Virus record (IMG/VR): IMGVR_UViG_3300031867_000003
Span: 128,001 to 192,000 of that record
Origin: a virus
Taxonomy: Duplodnaviria; Caudoviricetes
DNA: 64,000 bases
Reading direction: 5' to 3' (one strand)
Shown here one piece after another: positions 55,499-64,000 of this stretch. The first letter of the stretch is position 1, and each line of letters begins with the position of its first letter. The notes under the pieces were generated by a model that was given only the letters and a program-made list of their open reading frames with translations, had not been told where the DNA came from and did no database searches. A program made the position numbers and the translations under genes.

Positions 55499-55513
55499 AA
55501 TGATTAATCCTCC

Positions 55514-56560
55514 TTACTTAGTTGCCGCAAGTTCCTGGAGTGCATTTACCAGGGTGGGGTATTTACTGACTGCGAACCATACGTTGCAACTGCCGATATT
55601 GAATTCATCATGAATCTGAGAAACAATATCTGTCTCACTCATATTGGTGGCTTGCAGAATCTGACGAAGAATTTTGTGGTACTGAACTCCGGACGGACGA
55701 GAAGCACCGGTAATCTTTTTAATCAGTGTGGAAATATCAGCAGGGCACCTGTGGGATTCCGCATAGCCCACTTTCGGCGATTTTGCCTTAATACTTTCTA
55801 CAGATTTAACATAATTCTTATAGTGAATATTATTAATACGTTTCTCCACACTAAGACGAAGAGCATCAGAGTTCGCACACATCTTGATAATATCTGCGGT
55901 AGAATCAATCTTTTTATACTGGGAGAGAAGCTCCGTCACATCATAATGATCTACCCTTTTCATGTCGGAATAAAGAATCTCATAGAATTCATCGGTAGTT
56001 TTGCAACCAGTTTCCAGACACTTTGTGCAAGCAATCCCATCAATCCTTTTGATCCACATAGTTTTATCATTCTCGTCAAAAGTGGAGTAGAATAACCCGT
56101 TAACATCTATGGGTTTATTAGCTGAAGAGAATGCCTTCTCGGTTTTGGCGGCATTTACATAAATAGCTTTGGCAATAGTGTCCGGAGCGGTTTTGTTTGA
56201 TTCAACCAGCTTATTGAGCGCTAATTCCTGATGTTTCTGAGAAAAACATAAATCCTGAATGCACTTAGCAATATCAGCATTTGATTTCGCAAAAGTACTC
56301 ATCCCGTCGGCAATTTTATTAAATGCATTAGTCTGGTGACCAAGAACAAGCATCATGTCCTGTATATTCTCCGAAAATTTTTTTAATTCAGATACTGTTG
56401 AGTTAAGAGACTTGATTGCTTCTTTTGTCTGCGTGAGTGATTCAATAACGGCATTCTTTTCCGGGACTCCCAAAATCTCACGGAATGTAGCAAGTTCATC
56501 ATGAGTAAGAGAAGAAGCAGCAGTAGTCGCCGGTGTGAAGGTGCTTTCAGTTGTGCTCAT
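55514..56560 (-). CDS. Hypothetical coiled-coil protein (348 aa)
   Basis: GGAGG RBS; long open ORF. Confidence 0.75.
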   Translation of the reverse strand: MSTTESTFTPATTAASSLTHDELATFREILGVPEKNAVIESLTQTKEAIKSLNSTVSELKKFSENIQDMMLVLGHQTNAFNKIADGMSTFAKSNADIAKCIQDLCFSQKHQELALNKLVESNKTAPDTIAKAIYVNAAKTEKAFSSANKPIDVNGLFYSTFDENDKTMWIKRIDGIACTKCLETGCKTTDEFYEILYSDMKRVDHYDVTELLSQYKKIDSTADIIKMCANSDALRLSVEKRINNIHYKNYVKSVESIKAKSPKVGYAESHRCPADISTLIKKITGASRPSGVQYHKILRQILQATNMSETDIVSQIHDEFNIGSCNVWFAVSKYPTLVNALQELAATK

Positions 56561-56607
56561 AGTATTCCTCCAAATTTAATAAATAATTAATTGCATATAG
56601 TTGTTAG

Positions 56608-57504
56608 TTACTCAACATCAATTATAGTAGGTGCTTTAAAGCGCTTAAGAACATCTTCCGCAGCGCAAATAACTTTAGTACAAGCGTCAATTATATGGGT
56701 GCCGCATAAGTTGTCTTGATTGTTAATAACCAAATCATCATACAGCATTGGCGCGAGAACGGTGTCTATATAAGTCTTGGTTGCTTGCCAGAATGTATAT
56801 GCAACGTTGGCATCGCGACCCTCGGCGGATGTGCTGCGGTTGCGTAGAATTTCAACTTCCTTTTTATAAGTAGCTAATTCGCTGCGAAGGTATTCGATTT
56901 CGGCAGATTCGCCGGGTTTATTATCATAATCTGTGATGTTGGACAATGTCTTTTCCAATGAGGATATCTTAGTCTTCAATTTATTAATCTGGGAATCTTT
57001 CTGCTGAAGTTGCTCATCCTTTTTCTTCAGTTCCTTATCATGGGCTTTGATTTGTCTCATCACATCAGATTTGGTTACAAGTTCTCCGGCTGCAAGTTTA
57101 TCCCTAACTACCTGATCAACAACTTCCGGGTTCTTAGCCATTCGCTGATAATCAGACGCTTCGTCCTTGGAGTAACCCATCTCGGCAATTGCTTCAGATT
57201 TAGTTTCAAAATTCGATGCACCTCGAAGTTTGAAATCATCGCTCCTTCTGTCACCGCCGCTGGCTTTCGGCATTTCTTTTAATATCTCGCCGATGCGCTG
57301 TTCTGCCGTAATAACGGCCACTGATAATTCTTGAGCTTCTTTGAGTGTTTGCTCATGAATAGCCTGGGCATCTGAAAATCTGTTGATAGTTCTTAGTTTC
57401 AATCGGTAGGCATTAAGCTTTGACTTATTAATAAGAAGAAACTGTGTAAGATCTACGAGAGTATCCGGAAGTTGTTGAGGAGTATAGGTGATTAATTCGG
57501 CCAT
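56608..57504 (-). CDS. Hypothetical DNA-binding protein (298 aa)
   Basis: AEQRIGEILKEMPKASGGDRRS segment, then an HTH-like region and coiled coil. Confidence 0.7.
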   Translation of the reverse strand: MAELITYTPQQLPDTLVDLTQFLLINKSKLNAYRLKLRTINRFSDAQAIHEQTLKEAQELSVAVITAEQRIGEILKEMPKASGGDRRSDDFKLRGASNFETKSEAIAEMGYSKDEASDYQRMAKNPEVVDQVVRDKLAAGELVTKSDVMRQIKAHDKELKKKDEQLQQKDSQINKLKTKISSLEKTLSNITDYDNKPGESAEIEYLRSELATYKKEVEILRNRSTSAEGRDANVAYTFWQATKTYIDTVLAPMLYDDLVINNQDNLCGTHIIDACTKVICAAEDVLKRFKAPTIIDVE

Positions 57505-57684
57505 GGCATTATATCCCTTCTGTTTAATAAATAATCAATAAGTTGTTACGCTACTAATACGGTGGCGGCAGTTGATAGCGGAAAATTCTCATAGCTGATA
57601 CCTCCTGGGTAAAATTATCTCGGTAGGTTAACTATAGCATAGTGATTTACTTATGTCAAGCGGATTTAATAAATAATTAGTAAA

Positions 57685-58533
57685 TTAATTACAATAGTAG
57701 GATTTGATTACGGCATTCACATACTTCCTAATCGCCGTAATTGCTTCATTATCCGAAATAACATCCGGTACAAAATCCACACTGAACCATTTATAGCGTA
57801 GATAATTAAATACAATCAAATCTTCTTTATTGATAGTGAAATTATGGTAGGCGAGGAATTGCTCAAGTACAGAATTAAGCGAATAATCCGGGGTGTATGT
57901 AGCTTGTGATGGATCGCCGTTAGTCAAATTAATTCTACATAAGGCGTCAGGAATCATTGTTTCATAAACCGAGTAAGAAACTCCATACACACTGAATAAT
58001 TTACGAAGTAAATAATTAAATTCGGCAACTTGGACCTTCCTAAATAACTCAAATGGTTTCGCTGGGATAACGCCGTATAATTTGTAACCAATATAGTATA
58101 AGCCGCCGCGATCGGCAAAATTCTTCTCACGACCAAATTTGCCGGAGTATGGATAATCCCAATATTCATCCGACCAGGTTAACTTATGATAGATGGCATC
58201 ATAATTACAGAACTTATTCTTCAGAAGTCCTACATCATGTGTGGAGATTTTCAGCGTTTCCACCAGATCGATGTTGCCGAGAATCCGCAGCGTATAATTC
58301 GCGAGATAATCCATATATTCACAGCCACGAGTTCTGGATTTTCTTATCATCTTACAGAATTCATTCTGAGTTAAGATTATATCACGGTATCTCTTAAAGT
58401 ACCACATCATGTGCGGAATGTCGGCGGTACGATTAGCCTGGATGAAATCCGGATAATATAGCTTGATTATCTCGGCTTCGGAGTTGTCTCGGACAAGGAT
58501 TATTGTAGGGGTAGTAGTGGTAGTATTGTTCAT
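57685..58533 (-). CDS. Hypothetical protein (282 aa)
   Basis: AAGGAG RBS; long open ORF. Confidence 0.7.
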   Translation of the reverse strand: MNNTTTTTPTIILVRDNSEAEIIKLYYPDFIQANRTADIPHMMWYFKRYRDIILTQNEFCKMIRKSRTRGCEYMDYLANYTLRILGNIDLVETLKISTHDVGLLKNKFCNYDAIYHKLTWSDEYWDYPYSGKFGREKNFADRGGLYYIGYKLYGVIPAKPFELFRKVQVAEFNYLLRKLFSVYGVSYSVYETMIPDALCRINLTNGDPSQATYTPDYSLNSVLEQFLAYHNFTINKEDLIVFNYLRYKWFSVDFVPDVISDNEAITAIRKYVNAVIKSYYCN

Positions 58534-58724
58534 ATAGTTTCCTCCTTATTAATTAGTAGCTACTAATTGGTAGTTATGTGAATGTGTGAAAAATCGGGGG
58601 TATTTTGGCACGATTTTTCACAGTGTGAAAATAACTGCACAAATTCACATAAGCAAGATACATATTGTTGTGTCCAAAAAAATCCAATTTTGTCTCAAGT
58701 GTGACTGAGAGAGCACATGGGGGT

Positions 58725-58839
58725 GCTACTGTGAGGGAACACCCCTAAATTTGGAGTTAACTCGCTAATCCATATAATCATTGGAAAAAATCAGCATGTC
58801 CAATAAATGGGACGCTACTGTGAGGGAACACCCCTAAAT
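58725..58839. repeat. Two perfect 26-bp direct repeats (iteron-like)
   Basis: GCTACTGTGAGGGAACACCCCTAAAT at 58725-58750 and 58814-58839. Confidence 0.9.
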
Positions 58840-58967
58840 CGCATTTTCCCCAATGAATTAGCCCGTTTGAAGTCGATTTTTTCGATTTAAACCCTCTATA
58901 GTCTTATCAGTAGTGACCAACTTCCGGAAGGCACTATCTTTTTTCTCGTGGTCTTAATTCTACAATA

Positions 58968-59555
58968 TCACCTATCTAAAGAATTAGCCTTTAATAATTC
59001 TTCCCAGCCGCTGTTTTGATAGAATGAATGGACGGGAGTCAATATATTGGTTCCCCTGAAATAAACATACGGATTGACGGTGTATACAATGTTTTTGCCT
59101 TCGTCGGTACCACTCAATTCCGCAAGGATATTCCCAGTCTCATGTTTACCGATTATGCCTTTGTTTTTTAATGAAGACATAATTTTTCTTACGTAGCCGT
59201 ATTTGTGGCCGTGAATTTCAGCGAGATCCTTTAGGGTAAGAATGTCTGAATTGCGGTTTTGAGTACGGCGGATTATACAGTCTTCGTATGATATGTGCGG
59301 AGTCAGACAAATCGTAAATTTGAATTCGGGCTGCGTAAGGTATTTCTCCAGGAGTGGAACTACTTCATCATATATTTTGACGAATGATTTTTCTTTATTA
59401 AAGTCAAGAACGTGGTTATTAACATAATCAAACTGCGATTTTCTGGTGATATTTACTCGGTCACCGGGAAAATATTGGTTGACGATTTCGCCGGTGGTGT
59501 TATCTACTACTGAGAATCTGGGGATAGTGTTGGTGGTTGGTTCGTTATTATTCAT
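58968..59555 (-). CDS. RepL-like replication/winged-helix protein (195 aa)
   Basis: VVDNTTGEI, FVKIY, LTLKDLAE..YVRKIMSSLKNKGII, YTVNPY. Confidence 0.7.
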   Translation of the reverse strand: MNNNEPTTNTIPRFSVVDNTTGEIVNQYFPGDRVNITRKSQFDYVNNHVLDFNKEKSFVKIYDEVVPLLEKYLTQPEFKFTICLTPHISYEDCIIRRTQNRNSDILTLKDLAEIHGHKYGYVRKIMSSLKNKGIIGKHETGNILAELSGTDEGKNIVYTVNPYVYFRGTNILTPVHSFYQNSGWEELLKANSLDR

Positions 59556-60938
59556 TGAGTCATCTCCTTATTTAATAAATAAATTATTAGGTATTATTCT
59601 TAGATTAGTTCGGTTACTACCGGGAGGTACAACTCGGAACGTTGGAACAACGTTCCTCGCCTTAATCCTATTTGTTCGCTACGCTCCTAATAGGATTAAG
59701 GGAAGCGGTAAAAATTAAAAAAAATTTTGTTCGCCATTAGTTATTTATTAAATAGAGTGTATCATACTATATTAGTTTTGTCAACGGCAGATTTTGGGGG
59801 ATATTGTTCGCATTAAGGGTTATAACTAACCATCGGACTTCCTTACGTAATTAGGTACAAGGGTTTATTAGCTGAGAAATATGGATATGAGTGTTGATTA
59901 GCTGCGGGATTTTTCGAGGCGGAAGGTATTGGGGTGGTTATCCGCTCCGGGAATTTACTTGTTTCGGTCGCAAATAGAGGTTGTGATCCGCAATAGGAGC
60001 GTAAGCGACCGAGGACTCGGCAATAGGTAATTTATCTGGAGGATTTATCTGGAGGAAGTAAATTAGGGATTATATATAAGGAAGTTGGGTATTGAAGATA
60101 TGGGGTATGGGATTGGTTATCCGCAATTAGGTTGTGAGCGGGCGCATACCGGGCTTTATCCGCACTACGGATGGTATTGGCGCCCTTTGTGGGGTAGTAA
60201 GGGTGATTTTTTTTAGGTCGGCATATTATTTGCTGTAATGGTGGGGGTGGGGAGTGGATATATTAAGTGATTGAGGTACTATCCGGATGTGGAAGGTAAT
60301 ATTGGAGATGATTGGGTGAGGATTATCAAACTCGAGGATTTATATGAGGTCAGTTATTATATGAGGAGAAAAATAAGTGAGTAAATTATTGTATTGGTAG
60401 TACTGGATTTATTTAGGGATTGTGGGGTGGGACGATATTGGGGGCGATGAAGGAGTGTGGAGTGGAGAGATAGTTCTAGATTAGGGATTTATTGGGGTCA
60501 GATTTTTTTGGTAGTGTGTTGGTGAAGCAGCGTCCCCAAAACCAAGCGGATTTGAGCGAAAAAATGCTGAAAAATGGGGCTATTTTTGCCAAAAAATAAC
60601 TATTTATTGACAAAACCACTTGGCAATTATATGATTTGACCATAGTCAACGGCGACAGTCGCCGGGGGCTTGTTTCACAAATAGGCGTACATGATACCGC
60701 GGTTTACAGTGGAAGGTGTAAAGACTTCAACGAAGGTTTACACCATATCGACGGGGGATGCAATCGCACAAACTGCCACTATAAACACCTTATACATAAA
60801 ATTGTTTCAACCGGTGGTTGAGACAATGTTTTACCTTTATTCAGTGCATCAAATCCGCCCGGTTTGGTGTACTGGAATAAGGGCAAAACAAAGCCCGGTA
60901 AAAATCAATTTTTTCTATTAAGAAGGGAGAAAAAAAAC

Positions 60939-61661
60939 ATGAATAACACAATTAGTATTACTTCTCACAACAAGGACTTTAACAAAGTAAATCGTGATTT
61001 TTTAACACCGTCCTTTGTAATTGACTCCGGTACTTTCCAAAAGGAAGTACAAAACACGGTTTATTATTTCGAGTGCGTAAAGATGATGCACCAGTTAGAC
61101 GCGGAGTCTAACAAGGATAAAGACGACCGGGACGAAGAAAAAATCCGGGAGTTAGGAGCAAGGATTAACGCTCTGTCGGATTATAACAAGGGTGATTATG
61201 TATCCGTTGTTTACGCCTTTTCAATGGGCATTGTTTCCGGCACGGTCGGTATTGCCGGATTTGATAATCTGTTTTCAGATGTCAAGACGTACGGCGAACA
61301 ATACACCGGCGTTGAGTCTTGGAGTGACGACCGGAAAAAAGCGTTTACGGCTATTAAAACAGCTTGTAATAATTTACTCGCATGGAAGTTTAATTTAAAC
61401 CAAATCGACGCCGGCCGGGGGATTTACAAAACGTTTGTTCCCGAAATGTCAAGCCGAGCCGTCGAAATGTTTATTAACGCGGTATACGGCGTTGACGGTC
61501 GGGGAAGTGCCGGAAAGAAGGACGAAAAGATTTTCGGCATTAAGCGCCGGGCGATGAAAAAAGAACGGGCGTTTATCCTTCTTTGTGCCTCCATGTTTAA
61601 AAAATACGGTTGCGAGATTGGAAGTACCTCCAGAACAAAGGTTGTTGATTTCATCATGTGA
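60939..61661 (+). CDS. Hypothetical protein (240 aa), first gene of the + strand region
   Basis: AAGGGAG RBS before ATG 60939; followed by a terminator. Confidence 0.75.
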   Translation: MNNTISITSHNKDFNKVNRDFLTPSFVIDSGTFQKEVQNTVYYFECVKMMHQLDAESNKDKDDRDEEKIRELGARINALSDYNKGDYVSVVYAFSMGIVSGTVGIAGFDNLFSDVKTYGEQYTGVESWSDDRKKAFTAIKTACNNLLAWKFNLNQIDAGRGIYKTFVPEMSSRAVEMFINAVYGVDGRGSAGKKDEKIFGIKRRAMKKERAFILLCASMFKKYGCEIGSTSRTKVVDFIM

Positions 61662-61668
61662 TACACAC

Positions 61669-61699
61669 AGCACCGGGCTAATTGCCCGGTGCTTTTTTA
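61669..61699 (+). terminator. Rho-independent terminator
   Basis: AGCACCGGGC-TAATT-GCCCGGTGCT followed by a T-run. Confidence 0.85.
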
Positions 61700-61794
61700 T
61701 TGCACGAAAAAAGGACCGGACGCCGGGCAGGCGTTTAACTCCGGTTCTTTTTTGATGCAATAAAATATTATTCAGACGATAGGAGAACAAAGCT

Positions 61795-62481
61795 ATGAAA
61801 CCATGCAATCAAACTAAAGATTTTTCGTGTACTCTTTTCGGCGAAACTCTGCCGAAATATGAATTTTACGGGCGTGTTGACGGTACTACATACCGGGCGG
61901 ATTATTTCACCGGGCGTCTTTTAATCCGCGATACAAAGCGCAACATCTGGAAGTCGTCCACACTTGAAAAGAACGCCCGTATATATAACGCTGTGAAGGC
62001 GTATATCAAAGAGCACGGGATTCTCGGCGATCACGTCGAAATTTGTCATCATCGGCAAGCCGAGAAAAAAGAAGCGTTCTACCGCACCAAGACATTTGAA
62101 CGCCGTTGCCGTGTCGAACGTGACCGTGAAATCATGGAGTCCGCGCCGGTAATGCGCAAATCGACAATCAGTGCATTTGGTGCTGCTGCGCACGATTATG
62201 ACAGCAGTCGCCGGCGTGTCGCAGTTGAGACCGACCATATTTTCGAACTTGACGGATACCGCGGTATATCCGCAGACGAGCGAGATCGGGGATATTCTCA
62301 GCCGTTCGAAATGGGACAGAGTACTTCCGGTACTGCCGGCAAATATACACGTTCCGGATTTGAAACCCGGGACGGGCTAAAGGTCGCCCAGAATAAAATC
62401 AGACCGGAGAAAAAGCCGGTCAAACGTGAGAAATTAATAATTAGGGTAAACGGCAAAATCGTTTACTCTGAGGAAAACTAA
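61795..62481 (+). CDS. Hypothetical basic protein (228 aa)
   Basis: AGGAG RBS; followed by a terminator. Confidence 0.7.
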   Translation: MKPCNQTKDFSCTLFGETLPKYEFYGRVDGTTYRADYFTGRLLIRDTKRNIWKSSTLEKNARIYNAVKAYIKEHGILGDHVEICHHRQAEKKEAFYRTKTFERRCRVERDREIMESAPVMRKSTISAFGAAAHDYDSSRRRVAVETDHIFELDGYRGISADERDRGYSQPFEMGQSTSGTAGKYTRSGFETRDGLKVAQNKIRPEKKPVKREKLIIRVNGKIVYSEEN

Positions 62482-62491
62482 TAACATAACA

Positions 62492-62526
62492 AGCGGTTAC
62501 TCATTCCGGTGAGTAGCCGTTTTTTT
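62492..62526 (+). terminator. Rho-independent terminator
   Basis: GCGGTTACTCA-TTCCGG-TGAGTAGCCGT followed by a T-run. Confidence 0.85.
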
Positions 62527-63031
62527 ATGCCCAAATAAACGAGGTGAAAAATGATAAAAAATAATTTATACGCTCTTTTTACCTAAAGCGCACACGCCAC
62601 AAGTGCGCCGCGACAAAAATAGTGTGTGGTGGGCTACGGACGTGCCAAACGTTCGACTTGTTATCACACGCAAGGATTGCGCCGGAAGATTATCCTTTCA
62701 GGCATAGTGTGTCGTGGTGGTTCCACGCAATATTAACCTGTCGGTCCGGTAAACCGATGAAACTAGCCACAAACCGGAACTACCAAATCCGGTTAATAGT
62801 GTTGGGCGGTCGCCTTGTGTAGGTATACATACACGAGGATTCCCGAAACGTGGATTAGCTACCCACGGGGCAAACGACCGTCTTTTTTCATGAAGAAAAG
62901 TGGCTTTGATTATCCGCAAGTTATCCACGCAGTAGGACTCGCGCCGGGTTCAATCCCCGGGCGTGGATTTTGTAACCCATCAACCACAGCTATCACCCGG
63001 AAGCTGACCGGGATACCAACAGCACGGCACT

Positions 63032-63274
63032 ATGAGTAACGCCACCTTTAGTAAACGTATGGATGAAGTCCGCCTTAACGAAGGACTTCTCGATTTATGG
63101 GACATTCTCGACAGCTTTGCTCCGGGGATGTATTGCTACGACCCGTGTTATGAGTGTAACGTGGTAAGTGCGGAATTTTTGGCTCGTCTGCCCGAATTCC
63201 GCAAGTGGGCAAAAGCCCGGGGATTGCGTTGGTTCCGTACATGGGAACAGCGCGAGGAGTGGCTCAATAGCTGA
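63032..63274 (+). CDS. Hypothetical protein (80 aa)
   Basis: Open ORF on the locally coding strand; weak RBS. Confidence 0.5.
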   Translation: MSNATFSKRMDEVRLNEGLLDLWDILDSFAPGMYCYDPCYECNVVSAEFLARLPEFRKWAKARGLRWFRTWEQREEWLNS

Positions 63275-63407
63275 ATTTATCTGCCTATGTGCAGATACCA
63301 GACCGTGAATACATTCGCAGTTTGGTATGTGCGCATAGTCCGTAACCGATACGGTTTATCCCATACGGTTACACTATGAAACCACGCACAGAAAGAAGGT
63401 GAGAACT

Positions 63408-63575
63408 ATGCTCACCCTTCAACAGCTTATGGACGGAACGTTCAAGTTAACCCTGGATCTCACCGTCGGCAAGAATCACGTCATTAGAACGTGGTACTTT
63501 GTCAAGGTCGAACCGTCCACCGCAGAACCCGACCCTCACGGGGAAAAGTTCCGGTGGAAAATAAAGGTTGACTAA
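63408..63575 (+). CDS. Small hypothetical protein (55 aa)
   Basis: GAAGGTGA RBS; MLTLQQLMDGTFKLTLDL...KIKVD-TAA. Confidence 0.6.
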   Translation: MLTLQQLMDGTFKLTLDLTVGKNHVIRTWYFVKVEPSTAEPDPHGEKFRWKIKVD

Positions 63576-63752
63576 CTCCGTCCAAACCGGGGAGTGTGGG
63601 AGTAATCCTATGCTCCCTTTGCTGTTGATAAAGTAACCGGATAACTGCCCTGTCCGCAACCTAGATCACCGCTCATGGATTAGCTACGTGCAATCTGTGG
63701 GTGCGTTGGGGGGTTATGCGAGGGGTTAATTACTACGAAGGGGGTTATTCCC

Positions 63753-63923
63753 ATGAAAAGAATGCGCTTAGAGGACGGTTCTGTCCTTATTGTTAAATTG
63801 CTCCATCGTGAGCAAAAGCACCTATTTACCATCACTGACCGCACTACTATGAAATGTGTGGTTAAGTCACTCACAGAATTAGAAGCCGACCAATACCGCG
63901 ATCGCGGTTACTGGGTCGAATGA
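63753..63923 (+). CDS. Small hypothetical protein (56 aa)
   Basis: AAGGGGG RBS; MKRMRLEDGSVLIVKL...GYWVE-TGA. Confidence 0.55.
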   Translation: MKRMRLEDGSVLIVKLLHREQKHLFTITDRTTMKCVVKSLTELEADQYRDRGYWVE

Positions 63924-64000
63924 TGAACTATTAAATATAATACACAAGGAGGAATCACTATGGCTATTCGTAAAACAACGGTAAAGAACACTGACACTAT

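Noticed and set aside
58725-58839. CRISPR mini-array
   Set aside because: Only two repeats, with a 63-bp spacer and no cas genes.
63408-63575. Possible large ncRNA
   Set aside because: Explained by a small ORF with a good RBS.

Overview
This is a 64 kb segment of a large, AT-rich tailed phage of Firmicutes type with SPbeta-like gene order. On the - strand, read right to left: Rep-like gene, YonO-like RNA polymerase, HU, PhoH, ClpP, phosphoesterase, tRNAs, terminase, portal, head genes, tail genes and a tape measure protein of >4300 aa. A + strand (probably early) region begins at ~60.9 kb. The fragmented ORF track is explained by stop-codon reassignment: TAG is read as sense, apparently Gln (genetic code 15). 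In-frame TAGs occur only between ~49.2 kb and the left end. Six group I introns interrupt late genes: two in the tape measure, one in the major tail gene, two in a head-tail gene (one carrying a LAGLIDADG gene) and one in a tRNA. The headline finding is an amber-suppressor tRNA (36686-37002, -) whose CUA anticodon is split by a 231-nt group I intron, so it can decode TAG only after splicing. It sits inside the TAG-dependent morphogenesis cluster, suggesting a splicing-gated genetic-code switch. A second candidate novelty is a three-way-junction RNA found four times, whose variable loop is complementary to the RBS region of the next gene in three cases. Also present are an intact IS21-family element that interrupts a phage gene, several free-standing endonuclease genes and a cysteine desulfurase. 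All calls were made by eye from the sequence and ORF track; no database searches were run.
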